A stretch of 64,000 nt of DNA. Origin: Vicugna vicugna. Its lineage: Eukaryota. A program made the position numbers and the translations under genes. The stretch lies in contig MU058451.1 of assembly GCA_013265495.1 (NCBI GenBank), forward strand, positions 1,836,167 to 1,900,166, written 5' to 3'. The notes beneath the pieces are model-generated. The model had not been told where the DNA came from. It saw nothing but the letters and a program-made list of their open reading frames with translations, and did not search any database. Of the stretch, positions 1-11,279 are shown piece by piece. The stretch's first letter is position 1. Each line of letters begins with the position of its first letter.

Positions 1-875
1 ACCTCAAGGACATTATGCTAAATGAAACAAGACACACAACAAAAGGACAAATATATGATTCCATTTCACTCATATGAGGTCCCTTGAGTAGGCAAATTCA
101 TGACGACAAAGTAGAATGGTGGTTTCTGTCGGGGAGGAAGAAATTTCCCTCTACCCTTCTAGCTCTTCTGGCTGGTCTGAGAATTAAATTGACAGGAGAC
201 AGATTAACAGGAGAAAGTCAAACAAAAGTTTAATAACATGTAAACATGGGAGAGACTCAGAAAAACTGAGTAACTCCCCAGAATGGCTGAAGCCTTCACC
301 TTGAGTGTCATCTTCAGCTAAAGACAAAAGAGGATGTTTCGGATAGTGGCTTGGGACATCAAAAAGGAGGAAGGCCATTCACATGAAGATGAAAAAGCAA
401 ATGTTTGGTGAACCAATGTTTGCTGGGCTGTGCAGAGACAATGGGAAACAGAGCAGACTGCGATCTCCAGGTCCTGCCTAGAGTTTTCGCCTCACACCTT
501 GCCCACATTCTTGTAGATTTCTTTAGTGATAGCTCTTTTCTTGGAATAGGCTGTTTATCTAAAACTTCCTGATTCTTTTCTGTTTCTTAATAACAATCAG
601 GCTAAATTAATCCTCTTAACTAAGAGACACATTTTGGGGTGGCACATTTTGCTCCCTTATATCATCAAGGACTGGCAGGGGTGGGAGGGGAATGGAAGTT
701 GGTGTTTAATGGGTGTGGAGTTTCAGTTTGGAGTGTTGACAAAGCTCTAGAAATGGATGGTGGTGATGGCTACACAACAGTGTGAATGTACTTAATGCCG
801 CTGAATTGTACACATAAAAATGGTTAAAGTAGTAAATTTTATGTTATGTGTGTTGCACCACAATAAAAAAAAAAA
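1..875 (+). mobile_element. L1 (L1MB-like) 3' UTR fragment, split by an LTR at ~127-664
   Basis: 1-126 (gacattatgctaaatgaa...gtagaatggtggtt) and 665-875 (gtttaatgggtgtggagtttcagtt...aaaatggttaaagtagtaaattttatgtt...aataaa + A-run) are consecutive parts of the L1MB 3' end and resemble 26140-26870. Confidence 0.85.
127..664 (-). mobile_element. Solo ERV1-type LTR
   Basis: Starts with TG exactly where the L1 breaks; minus strand has an ATTAAA poly(A) signal followed by cttttgtttgactttctcctgttaatctg; right end and TSD ambiguous. Confidence 0.75.
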
Positions 876-1724
876 AGTCATCCTGGCCTGGTTTTCCTGT
901 AACTAGAGAGTGTGATTCCCCAAGTCTTGAAGGAGTTGCAGACAAAGGCGGGGAATTTAAAGAGGGGACTCAGTGCTCATTTAATAATCTATGGGTTTGT
1001 GGGATCTATCTTCCCTAACTTTGTAAAAGTTAGTGCAAGAGTTGGGAAAATGGCACCTTCTGTTTACCACAGCCCTCAACAATTCTTGATAGAGATTCTG
1101 CGATTCTGAGAAAGATCACAAGGACACAAAATCATAACACATTTTTAGAAGAAAGCATTTGTTACCAGAATTTTCTAGGAAAAGTTATAGTGATTTTATT
1201 TGCTTGGCTGAAGTCCCAAAAGAAAAGGAAGTTGAGGAGCCTCGAGATCACTCAGTAAATACAAGGAAAAGCTAAAAATGGACCCAAGGATTCCCCAGTT
1301 CACCCTGCTTCTCAGTAAACACGCCTGAGTCCTTCTCTGCAGCAGCGAGGCTGTCAGGACACGTGAGAGGCTAGAAGCGTGAAGAGAACCTTCCACATCT
1401 TAAAATAAAAACCTCTGGTGGCAAAGCACTCTCTGTTACGCACTCTGACTCTGCTCCCCAGCCCGGCATTATCTCCTGATGGAGAGGAACTTGAGGAAAC
1501 AACTTTCCTTCTTCTATTAGTCATGTGGCCATTTCTATTTGAATTCCTCCTCCTTGAATTCTTAATTGTTTGGGCCCCTTTTAATTCAATTTTTTTCTCT
1601 TTTTCAAAAAGTGCCTCTATTAAGTTTGATAGGACTTTTTCAGTGTCACAGAAATTAATGGAAATTTTAAAATGCATTCAATATCAACAAACAGATTAGT
1701 CTTCAGTTTGCTTTAAACAGCACA

Positions 1725-1815
1725 TGCGAAAGGTTTACTGCAGGGCCAAGTAAAGAGATCGGGTGGCTCGTGCTCAAGAGACCGGAACTCCACAATGGTT
1801 TTCAGGGAAAGGTTC
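1725..1815 (-). mobile_element. Short fragment of an artiodactyl-type ERV LTR
   Basis: tttactgcagggccaagtaaagagatcgggtggctcgtgctcaagagaccggaactcc...ttcagggaaagg resembles recalled cetartiodactyl LTR sequence. Confidence 0.5.
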
Positions 1816-1894
1816 TTTGGATACTTACCAAAGATATATTCAGTGACAATTCGGTGAAGTTGCATATTTTAATGAAAAAGTAAAGGCTTGGTGC

Positions 1895-2462
1895 TGTCAA
1901 AAATAAACAAAGCTGGACATTACTTAAAATGGTGAAAACAGATTTTATTTGCTAACCGCTGATGGTAGGGGAAAGGGCAGAGCTCCATTCTGAACTGCAA
2001 AATGCACAGAGGCAACTGGGCCTTTTAAATGGAGGCTGAGGGAGCAGGGAGGAAGACAAGCCCAGGCTCCTGTAGAGTCAGAGTTAGGACTGTTTTCCCA
2101 CGAGGACCAAGGCCCTAGCTCTCCTAATGATTCCATTTCAAAGGAATCCAGGTCCTGGAGAGAAAGATGCTCTTTTGAGTGTGTTGATGATACATCTCAA
2201 AGGAATAGAAGAAGGATTCACAATTGTTAAGTCCTTTTTAATAAATCCTCTAAGAAAGGGCGGGCAGGGTCTTCTCAGGTGTTGGCTAGGAGAAACAGTA
2301 AATCCTTTTGATAGCCTTGAGCTTTTCTAGGCAGGAAGTCACAAGGGAACTGGGTCATCCAGGGACACCACCTTGGGCTGTGAGAAGCCACAAGTTTAGT
2401 CAAATATCTTAGTGCAGGAGTTTGAATGGAGTGTTTGTGCCCGACAGGTTTTGTAGTCCACA
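1895..2462 (-). mobile_element. Solo ERV1-type LTR (MER31/MER67-like)
   Basis: TG...CA ends, 4-bp near-TSD gtgc/gttc, and the motif ggacattacttaaaatggtgaaaacagattttatt. Confidence 0.7.
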
Positions 2463-4419
2463 GTTCTAATGATACTACGTCTCAGTAGAAAAGATGTTAT
2501 TTCTCTATAGAAAAGAACATAGTATCTGATTTGGAGGGGGCAACCAAAAGCTTGATTCTGAGCTCTGCTTTAGTTCTTCAGGATCTAAATGTGAGAATTG
2601 TGAATGAGGTTTGACCTGGCTTTGATAAACACCTTGCCAGTGGTCGCTTGTGTTTGGGCCAAGATATTTGTAGTTTAGGATAAAAGGAATAAGAAATAGC
2701 TTTTAAACTACACAGTAATATTTTTGCATCAGAAGCATGAGAAATTTCACTAGATTCAGTGGAAATTTCAGAAGATTCATGCACAATGCATGTTTTAATG
2801 TATTTTTTCAGTAAAGTATTAACAAATTAGTGTTAATGAATGGATGTTCGTTAATATATTGAGTTTCCATCTTCTTTTATTCTGGCTTGTGTATTTTCCT
2901 GGTTAAGTACAGAATACCTAAGATATATTAGTCTAGAGAAATCTATGTGAAATAATGCATATCAGAGAAGGAGAGAGAAAAATTGCTGATTCGGAAATGA
3001 CGTCTGTCTAAATAGCTTTTATAAGCAAAGAGAAGATTATATTACTCACCAGACCAAGTAGTCATACCTAAGAGCCCATAGAAAATATCTGCATAGTAGG
3101 CATTCACTTCATAGGAAATATGTTTGCGACTAAGTTAATTTGACATTGTCTCTCCTATGAAATTTTTCATTGTGCAAGGTTTTTTAAATTTTTTTGCATT
3201 GTTTACTTTTCTTGTCTTTATAAATATGTGCATAATACAAAACTATGTCTGCTGTGTTTTTCTGTTGAAGACATTTTTTCTTATCTACCTTTAAAAGAGC
3301 CTTTCATCATATCTGATAGACTAAGAATATGTTTTTCCTTATTATTCCTCTGTATTTCACAGAATGGAATAAATAGTGCCTATTTTGACATCTCACTCAT
3401 AGTTTCCAGAGCTATACTGTGCCAGATTTATGGATTTATGTTTGTATTTCTAAGTTTTTCATTACTAAGAGCCTGTTGTTTGTCTTGTTCTGAACTTTTC
3501 TGAGGGAGATACTGAAACACCAGCTCTCGCTGACTTTGAAGGATTTGATATCATTCAGTTTGCCAGGGGGAGACTGGAGGATGAGTCATGGGCTCTTTAA
3601 AAGTGTTTTCCACTAATCCACGCCAATAGATGCTTCAGTGATGGAGATGTGAGATCAAATGGGTCAAGTGGCATATTGTGAAAATCTTCCCAGGCCTCTG
3701 TCGTGGACAGAGATCCCATTAAAGTCTCAGCAAACCTCTAAGCACAGTGATCTTTTCTGATTCTGAACAATTCCAAATATCACATCCAATAAAGTGATTA
3801 ACAGAGCCACCTGGAGTGACTCCAGTGGGGGCAGATCATTAAATTGCATCTGAAGGAATGGCATCTGCAGCTCACTGGACAGGCGGTGCTTCCAATAGTG
3901 GCAAGTCTGTTCTTGATTAGTTGACAATGAGAAGGCAGTGAACTTGCAGGGAGGGGCTAGGTAAAAGTGGTCCAGGGTTCTCACCCACTTGATGGTACCA
4001 TGGATCATAAATTAGTAAAGAGTCAAAGGAAAAACAATACCTAGAAATAGTTAAACTAAAGTAGTCACATACATATTTAATTCTTTAAATAAAATTTATT
4101 TTTCGTTGAGGGAAAAATAGATAACATCCTGTAGCCATTTTATGGCCCCTGCCTGTAAATTGCTTTAACATACAGCCTGCTTTTATTTTCACAAGTCTAT
4201 TCAACCAGTGATTCTAGATTTCTTGGCTACCTTAGACACTTCTCTAAAATCCAAACCTGGGACTTCAGTCTGCTTGGTACTTCAATATTATCCTCTAGCT
4301 CCCACCTAGTGGCTCCCTTTTTCTAATTACTCTACCCCTGCCCACTTGCTCTTACTTAAAATAAAAAGAGACAGGAAGTAACACTGAAAGAGCTCTGGCT
4401 TTGAGTTAGGCGCTTTCAA

Positions 4420-4570
4420 TATATTTTCTCCTTTAATCTTTGCAACAATCTTCAATTTACTGATGAGGAAAATAAGGCCAGAGAGGTTAAGTAACTTGCT
4501 CAAACTCATATTGTCGGCCTCCATCAGAGCCAGGGATCACCACCAGACAGGTCCTTCTGATGCCACCTGG
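4420..4570 (-). mobile_element. MIR SINE fragment
   Basis: Core tttactgatgaggaaaataaggccagagaggttaagtaacttgctcaa. Confidence 0.75.
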
Positions 4571-6044
4571 GCAACCTGCAGTCCAAGGTCTTGTCACCAG
4601 TTGAGTCACTCACTGATGAATGAGTGTATCTGTGACAGTCTGCTTGGAAAAAAAAAAAAAAGCAGAATCGGTATTTATAGAGTATTTTTTGTTGGTTATT
4701 TTTAAGGGAGAAGTCAAAATTTGTCGTACTTTCTAAAGAATTTACCTGTCAGTGTCTCTGAGCTCTGATGAAAACATAGAAATAAAGACACAGATGTAGA
4801 GATTCCCGCCCCACCCCCATCCACCAGTTAAAAAAATGACTCAATCTCCCCAGAGACACTTATATTTACTCCTTGGCAGCCAAGTCCTGTTTAGTAGACT
4901 GATACATTTGAGAATGTCAAGATAGCGTAGGTGTCAAAACTGACATTAATTTTCCAAACACTTGAATTACCGTGTCACAGGCCTGTGGGAAGCATTGGAA
5001 AAATGTCTTTACCTGTTTCTGCAGCCTTCATTGAGAAAACTTCAGTGAAGAGAGTCTAGGGAATGAGGAAAAGATCGGACAGGAGCCTGGTGGCTTTCTT
5101 CCAGTATAAACAGGCTCAGATTTTCACCCATGAGACAATTGTGCATCATCTTTCATTTTCTACAAGCCTGATAAAAATAATTATATTAGAAAGTTTCTGT
5201 TTCTATTAATATCCAGTTTGACCTATGGTTGATTAAAGTTATGATTTCCGTAAGTAAGTAATTTTTTCAGTAAGGGTGGCTACTTGGACAAAGGAATAAT
5301 AAACAATTTTCTCTTGGGAATTCTTTCAAAAGTTGCATTTCAGTTGACATGGTGTTGGATAACAAAGGCAGCGGGAAGTGGAATTATGGATTTGAAGTAC
5401 TTACCATCCAACACTAAAACAACTCATTAAACCCCTACTGTTCAAGATTACTTAACATTAACATCCACAGAGACTTCCTAACCCCAAAGTCAATGAAGGC
5501 AGCCCTGAGCCACACAAACCAGTGATAAGAGGCCCAGCGGTGACTTGGCTCTAGGCCCAGATGTGGTTCGTCTTCTATAAATTTTACCAGATAATCGTAG
5601 TCAATTACAAGCACTTTCTGAAAAATGCTTTTATTTTTAATTTGGGCACTCGATCCACGTCCAGTCCACCCAGTCACTCTTACACTATTAGGGAGGGAAA
5701 GGTAATAACAATTTATTACATAATTTCAAGATATAATCATTCTAGAGAAGAGTTTATCAGACATTAACCCCTAATTTAGTATATACAGCTCAGTCTCTCT
5801 ACATCTCAAAGGTAACAGGAAGAAGTAATCCTTGAGTCCATGGCTGCCCCCCACAAACAATCAGAAGGGCATTACCCTGTTTGCCCCATCTTGGTAAATT
5901 ATATCACTCAGTGACTCAAATCAAAAGTCATGTGTCATGCTTGAATCTTCCCTCTCTCTCTCCCAATGGCAGCAAGTCCATCAGTTTCTACCATAATCTA
6001 CTTTGAATTTGACCTCTTCTCAGGATCTTCTCACCACTGGCCCA

Positions 6045-6280
6045 AGGACCAACCATCATTAGCCCTCGTGAAAATTTTTAAAAGGCATCCCTTTCTCAAG
6101 ACACAGCAATCTGTTGGAATACTGCTCTTCTATACTGTTTTTCTCCAAAGAGGACAACACCATGCCTGTCTGCCGGAACGCTCTCGTAGCAAACATACAA
6201 GCCCATGAAGTTTGCGCTGTGAGTGGCACCCCTGAGGTTGTGCTGTGCAAAGCCGACAGAATCTTGTATGGCAGCCTTGA
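6045..6280 (-). mobile_element. MER91-type hAT-Tip100 DNA transposon
   Basis: Minus strand begins caaggctgccatacaag...gcacaacctcaggggtgcc and contains ttccaacagattgctgtgtcttgagaaagggatgcctttt. Confidence 0.6.
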
Positions 6281-6531
6281 GTCAGGCAACCATCCTCTGA
6301 TGTCTCGACTTCTGCAAGAGCTGTCTAACTGTCCTGCTTCCTCTCTGGCCCTCCTGCTATGGTCATTTTTTTTTCTCACAGAGCATCTAGAATGATCTTT
6401 TTAAAATCAGACATTAAATCATGTCCCTCCCCTTCTCAGAACCTTCCGATAGCTTCCATTTACACTCAAAATACAATTCAAACTCCCTTCCATAGCCCAC
6501 AAATCTTTTCTCTAGTCTTTCCTACCACCTC

Positions 6532-6643
6532 TTAGGCTGTAAATGTATCAGTCGATGCTGGCAGGGCTTAATAACTGGCATCTGTTCTGACTGGTGGGTA
6601 CCTTATCAGGTCAGCCATTAAATATTTTGAGTATTTACCCTGA
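6532..6643 (-). mobile_element. MER81-like hAT MITE
   Basis: Minus strand reads cagggtaaatactcaaaatatttaa...ccagtcagaacagatgccag...cagcc. Confidence 0.55.
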
Positions 6644-6702
6644 TTACCTCTTTCAACTCCACCTCTTGGCTCTAGCCACTCTGGTTTTCCTGGAACATAT
6701 CA

Positions 6703-7141
6703 CCATTACCTAGGGCCGCCTTAAGAAATCACCACAAAGCGGGTGGCTTAAAATAACAGAAATTTATTCTCTCACAGTTGTGGAGGCAAGAAATCTGAAG
6801 TCAAGATGTCCTCAGAGTTGTGCCTTCTAGAGGCAATGAGGGAGAGTCCGTCCCATTCTCTCTCCTAGCTTCTGGTGAACGCTGGCAGTCCTCGGTGCTC
6901 CTCGGCTTATAGCTGCGTGACTCCAGTCTCTGCCTCTGCCTTCTCTTCTTCCCTCTTCTCTCTGTGTCTGTTTCCCCTTTTCTTCTGAGGGCTTGTCATT
7001 GGACTTAGGGCCCACCCTAACACAGGATAATCTCAAGAGCGTTTACTTGCTTTCATCAGCAAAGACACTTATTCCAAGTAAGTTCATATTCTAAGGTTCC
7101 CGGTGGACATAAACTTTGGAGCACCACTATTGAAACCACTG
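6703..7141 (-). mobile_element. MaLR LTR (MLT1C-like)
   Basis: caccacaaagcgggtggcttaaaataacagaaatttattctctcacag...ttagggcccaccctaa...caaagacacttattccaagtaagttcatattc. Confidence 0.85.
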
Positions 7142-7467
7142 TTCTTTCTAACAGTTTTGCATATGCAGTTTCTTCTTGAAAATTTTGTCACTTGGCAGAC
7201 ATGGCATTGCTCCTTCACTTTATCCATTTCTTCTCAAGTAATGATTTCTCATAGAGGCCTTCTTTGACTGCCCCATCTAAAATAGCATCTCCCCCACCAT
7301 TTCTTTTGATTCTCTTATTCTGCTTTTATTGTTCTTTGTGGCCCTTTAATACCATCTGCCATTTCATTGTGTATTGTTTATTTTTTATTTATTGATTATT
7401 GTCCTCACTAAAATGTATGCTCTGTGTGGTCAGGGACTTTGTCTTCTTCATCTCAGTATCACTTAGG

Positions 7468-7680
7468 ACTGGAGTCAGCAAACTATGTCCCACCAGCTAC
7501 ATCTGGCCTGCCACCTATTTTTATAAGTAAAGTTTTATTGGAGCACAGTCAAGCCCATATGTCTAATGTTGTCTATGACCACCTTTGTGCTATAACAGGA
7601 AAGGTTAAATAGAAGTCATGATAGAGACATACGGCCCACAAAACCAAAAATGTCTGCTATCTGGCCCTTTAAGGAAAATG
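7468..7680 (+). mobile_element. MER58A-like hAT-Charlie MITE
   Basis: gagtcagcaaactatg...tggcctgccacctatttttataagtaaagttttattggagcacag...tatctggcccttta. Confidence 0.85.
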
Positions 7681-8097
7681 ACATGTGCATGGCAAGTGTG
7701 TCCGGGTTATTGTATTTGTTAATTTACATTGTAAAGAGTTATTTCTAAACCCAGAAATTTAATTTGGTCTTAGGATTGACACCCTGAAGAAGAAGATCCC
7801 TGGGTTCTTTTTTTCCCCTAATTTAGAATAATTTATAAATGCTAATTTGGGTGCTTAAAAGAGGAAGAGGAATTCTATTAAGATAAGATTACAGAATATA
7901 CTTCTTAGATCACAAATTACTTTGGAGGGTGTGCCATCTTGTTTAATTTTCATAATTACCCAATTAGGTCAGCATTATGTTCTTTATTTCACAGCAGATA
8001 AAAATGAGGTCACCCAGGTGGTAAGAGGCAAAGCCAGGATTCCAACTGGGCTCTAGCTTTAAATTCAGGTGTCTTCCCTTTGCTTCTGTTCCACAGC

Positions 8098-8503
8098 AAA
8101 TGTAACTATCCCCCAAAGACAGCAAATCCAGATGCTTCACTAGGGCTACTTCATGTTTCCAACAGTCTAGAGACACATACCTCACCATGACTTCACATAC
8201 CTCTCAGACTGCCCAGATCATGAGTGTTAGCTTACATTTTAGTGTAAAATTTAAAGATTAAAGATTATCAGCTACCTCAGAGCATAAATAATGCTATATA
8301 GAAATGTAACTATCCCCCAAAGACAGCAAATCCAGATGCTTTACTGGGGCTACTTCATGTTTACAACAGTCTAGAGACACATACCTCACCATGACTCACA
8401 TACCTCTCAGACTGCCCAAATCATGAGTATTAGCTTACATTTTAGTGTAAAATTTTAAGATTAAAGATTATCAGCTACCTCAGAGCATAAATAATGCTAT
8501 ATA
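8098..8503. repeat. Head-to-tail tandem duplication, 204-bp period, 2 copies
   Basis: Copies 8098-8300 and 8302-8503 align end to end; I count 6 substitutions and 1 single-base indel. Confidence 0.97.
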
Positions 8504-8849
8504 TTTTTGTATCCCCACAATATCTGAAAAAGTGCAAGATATAAACTGAGATAAGTAATCAATACGTAGTAAATGTAATTGAATTCTGATATCCAATACA
8601 AAATAAAAAGAGGTGCTACTTGAAGGCCTAAGTGACTTAAAATATTTCCTTGAACTCTCAAATGGTCATCTATAGGATGGAGGGTAAGGTAATAGGCCCA
8701 GGGGAACACTAAATTGTTAATTATTAGACTCTTTGTATCATTAACTGATTTTTCAGGTTCTAAAACCATTTGCTTTAATAAGGAACTATTAAATGAAAAG
8801 GCAGTAAACATCAGAATGGATAGGAAAAAGAACAGTTAGTAAGTACCAA

Positions 8850-9150
8850 TACTAACTTGAAAAATTCTCCAAGAACATGGAGCAGAGCGATAAAGCAGGG
8901 AAAACTATGACAGAAAAGATGAAAGATAAGGAGGGACAGTGCGAGACATTCAATGTCTGTACAATGGGAGTTTCAGAAGGAGAAAAGGAGATAGAGTACA
9001 AACTATTATCAAACGAAGTCTTGAGTGTTGAATTGGAAAAAATTCAGGGACTATGACAGGATTCATGAGTGAAGAAGAGACATAGGAGATAATTTCTCAA
9101 GTACGTAGAGTACCTGTAAACCAGTAATAGGTTACCCATCAAGGAAAGTT
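8850..9150 (+). mobile_element. Ancient L1/HAL1 ORF1-region fragment
   Basis: Purine-rich; tcaatgtctgtacaatgggagtttcagaaggagaaaagg resembles the ORF1 N-I-x-I-I-G-V-P-E-G-E motif, degraded. Confidence 0.5.
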
Positions 9151-11279
9151 CATCAAACAACAGACATAGTTTGACCCTGATGCATTTAGGCGTTATGCTG
9201 GTTGGTAAGCTATTTGCAAGATTATTTAAGGAGTTAGAGCATACTCATAATCATGATTAAGACTTTGAATAGAAGGGTAAAAAATTCACTAGTCACAGTA
9301 TTCTAAAAGACAGAGTCAGTACATCTACCTGAGACTTGGTCCTTTCTTGTTTTTTATTTATTCCTTCACTGTCCGTGGTTGCTGAGCACTCAGTGCTAGA
9401 TGCTGGTGACACACGGCCGAGTAAGGCACATGCCTCACACTCGGGGAGTGCAGTCAGGTGGGAGGCAGACAATTTCTGTAGGTGTGGCCTAGGAGAGATC
9501 TAGGAAGGCTTCTCAGTGGAAGAGGCTTCTGAGCAGGAGGTCAGGGAGGAAGGGGCATTATAAGCAGAAGTGCCTGCATGTGCCAGAGTACAGAGGCAAA
9601 CAAGTTTTAGCTTCATTCTCATGGTCATTGTCTTTTTTTTTCATTTCTTCACTCCTTTGCTTTCAATTTTGCAACACTGGAACCCCAGACCAACTATTTT
9701 TCAGGGAAATTAACATCTTCATTCATTGTTGCAATGATCTTCTCTGAATGAAGATGTGCACAAATTAAGGCAAAGGTTAAAAAGGATAAAGAAAGAAAAG
9801 GACAGGTGTTTTAAACACAAAGCTCCTTGCACCCTTGAGAGTCAGCTACCTCCAGAGAGTTTTAATATGAAATATTTTGCCTGTGTTTTTCATTCATTAA
9901 GCCCCAGGGCGGAAGCCATGCTTACTGTATGGCTTATGCAATGCTGAATTGGCTGTCACATTCAAATCATAAATAATGATAATGGCGCACAAAAGGCAGG
10001 AAATGCCAAAGCGAAGGCTTTCATTACAATGTTAACTTGTCCCAATCATACACATATATTGTGCCTCAATATCTATATAAACTTTCCAGGGTTGTTTTAT
10101 TATATGAAAAATGTGCAATATAGTCAAGTTACCATTCTAATGAGAACCTTAGATTCTCACAATTTGGACCTTTTCTAAGTATTATGGCTTAAAGCCATCA
10201 CATTGTATTAGCAGGAAGTTTTATATTAAGGAGTAAAAGCAGACCATCCTTTGTATTTGTAAATAATTCTCTCTGAAAGCAGGAGCACGTGTACTGTGGA
10301 AGCTGGTTTTCAGTAGAGGGACGTAGATTTCCTTGCTGCCTCTGTGCCTTCTCACCAAATCCAACTGAGGACCAGAAGCTCACTGTCAAATTCTGAGGAT
10401 GCCCGAGGAGAGGAGTCAGGTTGCCTGGGACAGAGAATCTGATGGTCCATGTCTGTAAACACACAAGTGGGATAGCCCCCCCAGCCTCGAAGTGATCACT
10501 GGCATCAGGCTCTATTTTATTACGGTAGAAAACGATTCAGAGTGTTATCAAATTCACTTAACTAAAAGAAAAGTGATTCTAATTCAGTTTGTAAATACTT
10601 AATTGACTATCTCTATTGTTCCTATATTCACAACATACACCTAGGCACAGTATAAAATGCATAGATTGGAACATATTCCCTACTCACACACAATAAAATT
10701 GTAATCTACAGGAACAGTGGTCAACTTAGACAAAGATTGAGCAAGATAGTGTATAATTAAAGAAGTACAAGGTGCTTTGAGAGTTTATAGGGAGGAATTA
10801 CAGGAAGAGATCAAAGGCAGATTCCCAGAAAGGAAACTACGAAAGAGAAGATGTTAAAGCTGGACAGGATTTTTAAAACAAGTTTCATTTAGTTAAATAT
10901 AGTAATCTTTAGTATATTCAGCCCTGGTTACACAGAAATAGAGTTTCAAATGTCTCTATTTGCAAGATTATTCATGTAAAGCTCTTATTACAGATCATGT
11001 TATGGAGGACTTATTAAACAGCAACAATTGGAAATTTTATCCTTAAATTATTTAGAACAAAAAGAAAAGGAGACATTTACTCATGGAATTCACGTTTAAA
11101 CTACATTTACAAAATAGTCTAAGGATTGTGTCTCACTTTCATTGAGCAACTGTATAATCACTTGACTACTGTAAGTGAAAGTAAATGAGAGGAAATTCAA
11201 AATGACTTTAGAAGGAAAACAAAAAAGTTTCTGTGTCAATAGAAGAGACTTGTGAAGTAGTCTAACCTCTTAGACTATC

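Larger units (their letters stand above)
5870..7460 (+). mobile_element. L2 LINE 3' region, interrupted by several younger elements
   Basis: L2 motifs gaatgatctttttaaaatcagacattaaatcatgtc, cttccatttacactcaaaatacaattcaaactcc and aggccttctttgactgccccatctaaaatagc occur in order between the inserts. Confidence 0.7.

Noticed and set aside
1354..1699. Opposing hydrophobic/basic ORFs
   Set aside because: Compositional artefact of a pyrimidine-rich strand; no homology recognised.
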